Sequence record: MT161459.1
DNA length: 64,000 nt
Strand: one strand, 5' to 3'
Shown: in pieces, positions 57,937 to 63,360 of the stretch
How positions within the stretch are numbered: position 1 is the first letter of the stretch
Layout: each line of letters begins with the position of its first letter
Notes under the pieces: model-generated
The model's input: only the letters and a program-made list of their open reading frames with translations
The model's database searches: none
What the model was told of the DNA's origin: nothing
Position numbers and translations under genes: made by a program

Positions 57937-58038
57937 CGGGGGTTCGTACAACCGGAGAGTACTGGGGCCTTCTCATGGTTATTAAATAGTGACCATGAGA
58001 AGCCCTCAATCCCAGTTCGAGTCTGGGACTCTCGACCA
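57937..58038 (+). tRNA. Atypical tRNA-Arg(UCU)-like gene with a 26-nt insertion in the anticodon loop
   Basis: Acceptor CGGGGGT/ACTCTCG-A-CCA, D arm GTAC-AACCGGAGA-GTAC, anticodon stem GGGGC/GCCCT around a 33-nt loop, T arm CCCAG-TTCGAGT-CTGGG. Confidence 0.8.
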
Positions 58039-58127
58039 AATACTTCTTGTGTTCAAACGGACTTCCCAGTACGCAACCTAAGTGGTTAACAACGAAGGGC
58101 TGGTTTGCAACGCAAGAAATAAACATT

Positions 58128-58212
58128 GGGGATGTGGTGTAATTGGCAGCCACCCAAGTTTCAAACGCTTGTGTCGAAAGACGTCTCGGTTCGAGTCCGA
58201 GTATCCCTACCA
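58128..58212 (+). tRNA. tRNA-Leu(CAA)
   Basis: Cloverleaf with a long variable arm. CAAGT-TTCAAAC-GCTTG. CCA end. Confidence 0.9.
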
Positions 58213-58218
58213 AACTCC

Positions 58219-58304
58219 GCGAGATTAGCCGAATTGGTTTAGGCAGCAGATTTAAAATCTGTCGGCTTTGCCACCTGTGGGTTCGAGTCCCACATCTCGC
58301 ACCA
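58219..58304 (+). tRNA. tRNA-Leu(TAA)
   Basis: GCAGA-TTTAAAA-TCTGT, long variable arm, CCA end. Confidence 0.92.
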
Positions 58305-58317
58305 ACTAAGGAACACC

Positions 58318-58785
58318 ATGAAACAGAAACGTGTATTGTTGGGTACCTATGGTTATGCGTGTCGTAATGGCACCTTCATGATCATGGATCCAAAAGTTAT
58401 TGAAGCGTTCAATGAGCATCTCAAGGCCAACGGCCCATCTGCGATGTGCTTTGGTCAATCTCAGTTCAATTGCGCCGATGACGTGACTAAGTTTGAAACT
58501 GATCTGACTGACGTCATTGGCCGTCTGCACTCTGTGGAGTGGTTTGTCAATCCGAACAAGACTGTCAGCGTCTACGGTACCGTAGAACCTCTCAAGCACC
58601 CTGTGTGGAAAACCAGGAGTGTTGAGTTTAGCCTGCGGTCAATTGCTGATGTGATCCGAGAAGATATGATCAAGCCTGACGTTCCGCGTCAACGCGGCGG
58701 TAGATACGTAGTCATCAAACGCATCGTGTCTTGGGACATTCAAGATCCCGCACAATGTGCGCTGACGATCGATGATCTGAAATAA
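58318..58785 (+). CDS. Hypothetical protein, possibly a degenerate prohead-protease-fold protein
   Basis: SD AAGGA. Weak colinear resemblance to gp21 motifs by eye. Confidence 0.65.
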   Translation: MKQKRVLLGTYGYACRNGTFMIMDPKVIEAFNEHLKANGPSAMCFGQSQFNCADDVTKFETDLTDVIGRLHSVEWFVNPNKTVSVYGTVEPLKHPVWKTRSVEFSLRSIADVIREDMIKPDVPRQRGGRYVVIKRIVSWDIQDPAQCALTIDDLK

Positions 58786-58794
58786 GGAGTTGTC

Positions 58795-59046
58795 TTGTCT
58801 AAATACATCGGTATAGTAGACGGCAATGACAAAGATGGTTATAGCGGCTATGTAGCCAACCTCAATGGATCCTGCTTGTTTGCAGGATCCACGATGGATG
58901 AGCTAATTCAAGATGCTGACGAATCTGTTGTTGCTCATGTAGAGTTTTTGCTGGAGAATGACTTCAGTTTACAGCCAGACAGTATTGATCTGGTCATCAA
59001 TGACGATCAACAAGTAATCGTCATTCAATACCCCAAACCAATTTAA
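58795..59046 (+). CDS. Solo HicB-like antitoxin domain
   Basis: Y.GIV....DGY.G.V.NL.G.C...G.TMDEL...A.E.V..H.E.LLE pattern. SD AAGGAG with TTG start. Confidence 0.7.
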   Translation: MSKYIGIVDGNDKDGYSGYVANLNGSCLFAGSTMDELIQDADESVVAHVEFLLENDFSLQPDSIDLVINDDQQVIVIQYPKPI

Positions 59047-59054
59047 GGATTTGT

Positions 59055-59459
59055 ATGCCACGCTTTGTAGTCACTCCAGTATCAGGTTCCGCGCTGTCTC
59101 GTTTCATGATGAATACCGACAACGTGACTGGCCTCGTTGAAACTCACGATGGTCAGACTCTGATCCGTTTTGTGAATGCTGAAAGTCCGGAAGGTTCCAA
59201 AGGTCAGCTGATCCAAATCAAAGAGACCTTTGATCACATCCGTGCCAAGATGAAGATGGGGTACAAGCAACACGTTGCTGTTCACCCATACGACTCTCAA
59301 TATGCTCGTGTCTTGATTGACATTGAGAAGGTTGTAGGTCTGGCCGAAACTGTTCGCGGTGAAGTTGTGATGACCATCAAGGTCTCCGAGTTCTCCACTC
59401 CGGCTATCTTCGAAGTTGAAGAATCTTTCGATTACGTAGCTGAGGCTATCTCAGTTTAA
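59055..59459 (+). CDS. Protein with two tandem FlbD/SwrD-like domains
   Basis: Two ~65-aa repeats: (N/D)xxxVxGLxET...IQIKETFDHI / FEVEESFDYV. Confidence 0.65.
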   Translation: MPRFVVTPVSGSALSRFMMNTDNVTGLVETHDGQTLIRFVNAESPEGSKGQLIQIKETFDHIRAKMKMGYKQHVAVHPYDSQYARVLIDIEKVVGLAETVRGEVVMTIKVSEFSTPAIFEVEESFDYVAEAISV

Positions 59460-59499
59460 AGTTGAATCTCAGGAGATTATCGTTGATAGTCTCCTCATC

Positions 59500-59587
59500 G
59501 GAAGGTTGGCAGAGAGGCCGATCGCGACACTTTGCTAAAGTGTAGAACGGAAACGTTCCATGGGTTCGAATCCCATACCTTCCTCCA
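59500..59587 (+). tRNA. tRNA-Ser(GCT)
   Basis: ACACT-TTGCTAA-AGTGT, long variable arm, CCA end. Confidence 0.92.
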
Positions 59588-59607
59588 ATTTTACAGAGGA
59601 TTTTGTC

Positions 59608-59736
59608 ATGAAAAACATGAAACAAACAGGCTTTACCTTAATCGAAATGATATTTGCCATCTTCGGACTTGCTAGTCTGATCGGCGCTGGATTTGGGGTA
59701 TATGCCATCGTTCACTTTGTAACCAAATACTGGTAA
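59608..59736 (+). CDS. 42-aa prepilin-like peptide (class III signal peptide)
   Basis: SD GAGGA. MKNMKQTG|FTLIEMIFAIFGLASLIGAGFGVYAIVHFVTKYW*. Not in the ORF track. Confidence 0.8.
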   Translation: MKNMKQTGFTLIEMIFAIFGLASLIGAGFGVYAIVHFVTKYW

Positions 59737-59739
59737 CCT

Positions 59740-59907
59740 ATGTCAAGAACAACCCAAAATGAACTGGAAGCCCTCCAGGTTCAATCCGCTCGTATCCGTC
59801 TGGATCTCGATCGGGAATGTCTGAAACAGCAGCGTATCGAAACTGCCCGTTTAGTTGAAAACGCTAAGCGTGACAACATTCCGCTGACTGACGACCTGAA
59901 GCAATAG
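59740..59907 (+). CDS. Small coiled-coil hypothetical protein (55 aa)
   Basis: Manual translation MSRTTQNELEALQVQSARIRLDLDRECLKQQRIETARLVENAKRDNIPLTDDLKQ*. Confidence 0.6.
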   Translation: MSRTTQNELEALQVQSARIRLDLDRECLKQQRIETARLVENAKRDNIPLTDDLKQ

Positions 59908-59972
59908 TATCGTGCTCCTTCTAACGAGGGGGCATATCAAATCATCTTTGATATGCCAACGAGGAATACATC

Positions 59973-60245
59973 ATGGAACTGAATGAAATAGATTTCGTTA
60001 AAGATGTGCTGTGCGTACCGGATCGCTATGACCATTTCGCAGAAGCATTGGAAGTCATGGTCAAGGACTATTACAAAAGTAGTCGATCGATTATCTTCCG
60101 CGGATACCGCTTAGAGGAAACCTCCGTGCGTACATTCGCTAGCGTCAGCAACTGCTCATGCTGCTATCCAGATCAAGAAGAAGATAACTTCCCAATTGAG
60201 GAAGTGATCAAAATGATGTACACCTTGGGAGCGTTCGATGTTTAA
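59973..60245 (+). CDS. Hypothetical protein
   Basis: SD GAGGA, 90 aa, contains CSCC. Confidence 0.65.
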   Translation: MELNEIDFVKDVLCVPDRYDHFAEALEVMVKDYYKSSRSIIFRGYRLEETSVRTFASVSNCSCCYPDQEEDNFPIEEVIKMMYTLGAFDV

Positions 60246-60456
60246 GTATCTATTGGTTACCTACATGCAACTGTATGCTGGGATGAACAGTTCCATTGGA
60301 TCTCACTCCACAGAGAGTTACAAAACTCTGGCTGAATGCGAGGGAGCAAAGACTGCGTACATCCAGATGATGGAAGAGCACAAGATCAAAGATAGCGGTA
60401 TGATCGTCAAAAACATCGTCTGGGCGGATTGTAAAGCAATCTTCGTAGATCAATAG
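60238..60456 (+). CDS. Hypothetical protein
   Basis: SD GGAG. Overlaps the previous stop. Confidence 0.6.
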   Translation: MFKYLLVTYMQLYAGMNSSIGSHSTESYKTLAECEGAKTAYIQMMEEHKIKDSGMIVKNIVWADCKAIFVDQ

Positions 60457-60469
60457 TTTAGACACCGTG

Positions 60470-60476
60470 CTAAATA
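60470..60476 (+). promoter_or_regulatory. Late promoter CTAAATA upstream of a non-coding structured region
   Basis: Same GCTAAATA octamer as the structural-gene promoters. Confidence 0.65.
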
Positions 60477-60484
60477 CTAGACAA

Positions 60485-60983
60485 TAAGGATAACAGCGCG
60501 TTGATCTCTGCTCGTCACGTCAACGCCTTTTTAGAATGGAGAATCTCCCACATCCTGGATGTGTTCTAGTCGCCATTCAGCAGCCTTACTATACCTACCG
60601 CAAACGAGTTACAGCTCGGGTGGGAACTGTATGGAATAAATGTGGTTGCTTGCCAGCGTCAACTGCATCTGCAATAGCTGGTTGGACGGACCGTTCCACC
60701 TAACACGGTTGATAGGCTGTAACCTATCTTAGAGCGTCCCCGATGAGCCAGACTTGGCCTGGGGAACGCTTGCTAATGGGATCCAATTGGATGTCATTAT
60801 CAAGCGATGTTTAACTGCGCAAGAGCTTGTATGTGTCCGTCGCTAGAACGGCGGTACCTACCTTGGGCGGTCATGCTTCTAGGCACTGACATGGATAGAC
60901 ACTAACGTGATCTTGGAAAATCTTCGGATAGCTAGTACCGATACGCTAACAAGATGCTGCGGATCCATCAGTTTACAACGCTG
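60485..60983 (+). ncRNA. Candidate large structured ncRNA (~500 nt)
   Basis: No ORF in the track, many nested helices, a cUUCGg loop, and possible 5'/3' closing helix. Confidence 0.55.
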
Positions 60984-60990
60984 CTAAATA
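60984..60990 (+). promoter_or_regulatory. Late promoter CTAAATA
   Basis: GCTAAATA at the boundary between the two structured regions. Confidence 0.6.
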
Positions 60991-60999
60991 GATGTATAG

Positions 61000-61260
61000 T
61001 TCACTGGTGAGTGCAACTAAATGGGTATTCTCGCGACCTTCGGCTAGACTGTTGGAGCGTATGTTGATCAAAACAGCCCATTTAGTTGCGTTTACTTCGG
61101 ATACTAAAGCTAGTATGCTTAGTCTCTGTATACTGTAATTCGTAAGTAAGTAGTTGAAACAGTTAGTATGCTTCGGCGGAAGACTCGACTAAACAAACGC
61201 GAGGCGTGGGTATACAGAGATAAGTTTACTACGGAGGTGATCTGGCGTATACTTAAACAC
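61000..61260 (+). ncRNA. Candidate structured ncRNA (~260 nt)
   Basis: 13-bp helix 61013-61025/61077-61089, 11-bp helix 61123-61133/61210-61220, three TTCG motifs. Confidence 0.55.
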
Positions 61261-61261
61261 A

Positions 61262-61318
61262 AGGATGCTTACAGCAAACAAAACTCATTCTGCATATGAA
61301 ACGAATGCATCCTGTTAA
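61262..61318 (+). ncRNA. CAGCAA-motif hairpin element, copy 1
   Basis: AGGATGC-TTACAGCAA...GCATCCT-GTTAA. Confidence 0.5.
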
Positions 61319-61323
61319 AATCC

Positions 61324-61408
61324 GGAGGAGTGGCTCAAAGGTTGAGCGGCGGACCGTTAATCCGCGAGCGTATGCTCTATGTAGGTTCGAGTCCTACCTC
61401 CTCCGCCA
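61324..61408 (+). tRNA. tRNA-Asn(GTT) with a long variable arm
   Basis: GGAGGAG/CTCCTCC-G-CCA, GCGGA-CCGTTAA-TCCGC, variable arm GAGC-GTAT-GCTC. Confidence 0.85.
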
Positions 61409-61437
61409 AATTCGTCGAAAGACAACAAGAACGCATA

Positions 61438-61548
61438 GGGAATAATTCAGCAACAATACTTCTTTCCTTTATAAAAGAACGTCATTAAGGTTCGATTCCT
61501 TAACCAGCGCGTACTGGATGGTATAGGCGTACAAAGTATTCCCGTTAA
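61438..61548 (+). ncRNA. CAGCAA-motif element, copy 2, containing a T-arm-like hairpin
   Basis: GGGAATA-ATTCAGCAA...TTAAGG-TTCGATT-CCTTAA...TATTCCC-GTTAA. Confidence 0.5.
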
Positions 61549-61549
61549 T

Positions 61550-61624
61550 AGCCATGTAGCTCAGCGGTAGAGCACACCCCTGATAAGGGTGGGGTCAGCA
61601 GTTCAATCCTGCTCATGGCTACCA
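61550..61624 (+). tRNA. tRNA-Ile(GAT)
   Basis: CACCC-CTGATAA-GGGTG, CCA end. Confidence 0.93.
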
Positions 61625-61632
61625 ATTTTCAA

Positions 61633-61708
61633 GCTGATGTAGCTCAGTAGGTAGAGCAGCGCATTCGTAACGCGAAGGTCGCAGGTTCGATTCCTGTCCT
61701 CAGCACCA
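61633..61708 (+). tRNA. tRNA-Thr(CGT)
   Basis: Loop TTCGTAA, weak anticodon stem, CCA end. Confidence 0.85.
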
Positions 61709-61714
61709 ATTTGC

Positions 61715-61789
61715 GCCTCTATAGCTCAGTGGTAGAGCAGTTGCTTTGTAAGCATCAGGTCCTCGGTTCAATCCCGAGTGGGGGCTCCA
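61715..61789 (+). tRNA. tRNA-Thr(TGT)
   Basis: Loop TTTGTAA, CCA end. Confidence 0.9.
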
Positions 61790-61870
61790 AGTTGTGGGAT
61801 CTAGATGCCCCTTTGAAGCATCTGGCATGTAACTAGTTACATGAATGGTTTCTTGAGAGTGACCATTCAT

Positions 61871-61946
61871 GTGACGGTAGTTCAGTTGGTAGAGCTCCAG
61901 GTTGTGATCCTGGTAGTCACGGGTTCGATCCCCGTCCGTCACCCCA
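61871..61946 (+). tRNA. tRNA-His(GTG)
   Basis: CCAGG-TTGTGAT-CCTGG, C73, CCA end. The -1 base is T, not G. Confidence 0.92.
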
Positions 61947-61953
61947 AACACTG

Positions 61954-62026
61954 GGGATGTTAGTGAAATGGTGTCACTCCAGGGCTTTTCGCCTTGGCAA
62001 GTCCGTTCGATTCGGAACATCCCCCA
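61954..62026 (+). tRNA. Atypical tRNA-like gene (UUU anticodon, Lys-like)
   Basis: GGGATGT/ACATCCC followed directly by CCA. 6-bp anticodon stem, loop CTTTTCG, 4-bp T stem with TTCGATT. Confidence 0.55.
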
Positions 62027-62032
62027 TATTAC

Positions 62033-62106
62033 GGGAACGTAGTTAAACTCCAAACGCTGGTCACTGGGACCAGAGATGCGAGTAGTAAGCCTCGTCGTTT
62101 CCACCA
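62033..62106 (+). tRNA. Degenerate tRNA-like gene (loop CACTGGG, no TTC loop)
   Basis: GGGAACG/CGTTTCC-A-CCA, CTGGT/ACCAG stem, T-like stem GCGAG/CTCGT with loop TAGTAAGC. Confidence 0.5.
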
Positions 62107-62447
62107 GATCCGCTAGCAATAGCAGATATAAAAAGCTGACCGAGACCTCTTATTCAGGCAGGTGGTTTGATACCCACTGTGAATAATGTAGCTTCCTTTC
62201 CTGTAATAAGGTTCCAGACCGCGTCGGGTAAAAGGTTACATATCGAATCTGGTTGTTGTTTGGCAACAACCGATGTACAGTTAGAGGGTTGTAGCGTCGT
62301 CTAGCTATCTGTACGTTGAAGTTATCCTGACGAAAAGCTGTCGTATCCCGTAGAGGACTTTGGGTGATCATCACGATACGAGCATCAGATCACCGACCCA
62401 TTAAGTTGGCCGCTCGTGAAAACTAAACACGTGTCGCAAGGCACGAT
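62107..62447 (+). ncRNA. Candidate structured ncRNA (~340 nt)
   Basis: GCAA tetraloop hairpins at both ends and several internal helices. The only tracked ORF here is a short minus-strand shadow. Confidence 0.5.
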
Positions 62448-62449
62448 AT

Positions 62450-62525
62450 CGTGACATAGCTCAGCTGGTAGAGCAGGTGCTTCATACGCATCAGGTCAGT
62501 GGTTCGATCCCACTTGTCACGACCA
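62450..62525 (+). tRNA. tRNA-Met(CAT) (elongator or Ile2 type)
   Basis: GGTGC-TTCATAC-GCATC, paired C1:G72, CCA end. Confidence 0.9.
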
Positions 62526-62548
62526 ATTTCAAAACTCAAAGGTGTAAT

Positions 62549-62692
62549 ATGTTTGGAACTCTGTTTGGCGAATCCACTATTACCAAGATTGCTGACATCG
62601 CTGTTGGTGTTGCGGTAGGTGCAGTAGTCGCGGATGTAGCAGTTTCTGCTGCAGAAGAAGTAATCGAACTGATCACTGGTGAAGATGATTAA
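62549..62692 (+). CDS. Small hydrophobic hypothetical protein (47 aa)
   Basis: ATG at 62549 after AAAGGTG. The earlier track start lies inside the tRNA-Met. Confidence 0.55.
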   Translation: MFGTLFGESTITKIADIAVGVAVGAVVADVAVSAAEEVIELITGEDD

Positions 62693-62708
62693 TAATTGGG
62701 GTTCGCCC

Positions 62709-62847
62709 CAATTTCAAAACGATCTACCCTAACACGCCCATGGGACGAGCTAAGCACTCGTATGAAGCTAAGGACCGCAAGTCTGTGCAATCAAATGCTA
62801 GCCTGATAGATGGTCAGGTGGGGACGCGATAGATCGTTTTGAAATTG
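62709..62847 (+). ncRNA. Candidate ~140-nt multibranch ncRNA
   Basis: Perfect 18-bp closing helix CAATTTCAAAACGATCTA/TAGATCGTTTTGAAATTG enclosing several small hairpins. Confidence 0.6.
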
Positions 62848-62857
62848 TGGAGGATTT

Positions 62858-63073
62858 ATGTTTAAACTTGAATGTAGATCTCCGGAAGATTTGGCCGTTG
62901 CAAATGCGACCATAAATACCGGTATAGGGGAAAGATCAGCAGCTAATGGAAAGGCACTGTTTGTTTCTGGATTGACGTCCAGTAGACTTGCAGAAGTGAT
63001 GGTATTAGCTTACGCATATCCCGTAGATCCAACGAATGAAGATAGGAGTTATTTCGATGAGCACCGATGCTGA
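62858..63073 (+). CDS. Hypothetical protein
   Basis: SD GGAGG, 71 aa. Confidence 0.6.
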   Translation: MFKLECRSPEDLAVANATINTGIGERSAANGKALFVSGLTSSRLAEVMVLAYAYPVDPTNEDRSYFDEHRC

Positions 63074-63269
63074 CGCACGCGAAGGTCGCGGAGCTGCCAA
63101 CGGCGGTAACCAGAACTGGTATAACAGTCCATTGTGGGACAATATCGGTCCGAAGAAAAAAGTTTACGAAGCTGCTAAAGTAGAGGATACTACAGAGGTA
63201 GCCAAGCCTAAGACTGAAGAAGAATTGATTCGGGAAAGGCAACGTGCAGCGTTTAAGTACGCGTACTAA
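63057..63269 (+). CDS. Hypothetical protein
   Basis: SD AGGAG before ATG 63057 (MSTDADAREGRG...). Confidence 0.6.
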   Translation: MSTDADAREGRGAANGGNQNWYNSPLWDNIGPKKKVYEAAKVEDTTEVAKPKTEEELIRERQRAAFKYAY

Positions 63270-63278
63270 AAGAACAGA

Positions 63279-63354
63279 TCTCCGTTCATCTAGCGGTCTA
63301 GGATATCGCCCTTTCAAGGCGAGTACACGGATTCGAATTCCGTACGGAGAACCA
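63279..63354 (+). tRNA. tRNA-Glu(TTC)
   Basis: TCGCC-CTTTCAA-GGCGA, CCA end. Confidence 0.92.
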
Positions 63355-63360
63355 AATTGT

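Noticed and set aside
57978-57992. TTAAATAG resembling the pistol ribozyme junction
   Set aside because: No P1 hairpin or pseudoknot partner. The bases are tied up in the tRNA-arm helix.
57954-58038. Alternative reading as a D-arm-less tRNA starting at GGAGAGT
   Set aside because: Gives a G1:G72 mismatch and discards a good D arm. The 57937 start yields a complete cloverleaf. It may be an alternative conformer.
60741-60770. CGATGAG-stem as a hammerhead core
   Set aside because: Reads CCGAUGA rather than CUGAUGA, and there is no GAAA after the stem.
60988-61003. AGATGTATAGTTC resembling the group I intron S element
   Set aside because: No matching P7/R partner or interrupted exon could be identified, and it follows a promoter directly.
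62326-62422. CTGACGA...GAAA as a hammerhead ribozyme core
   Set aside because: No stem II follows CUGANGA and I could not build stems I and III with a cleavage triplet.
60485-62447. tmRNA, RNase P or SRP RNA in the non-coding stretches
   Set aside because: I found no GGGG...TTCGA...CCA tmRNA ends, no GAGGAAAGUCC or terminal P4 motif, and no SRP domain IV motif.
62477-62548. Track start for the 71-aa ORF
   Set aside because: Lies inside tRNA-Met. The plausible start is ATG 62549.
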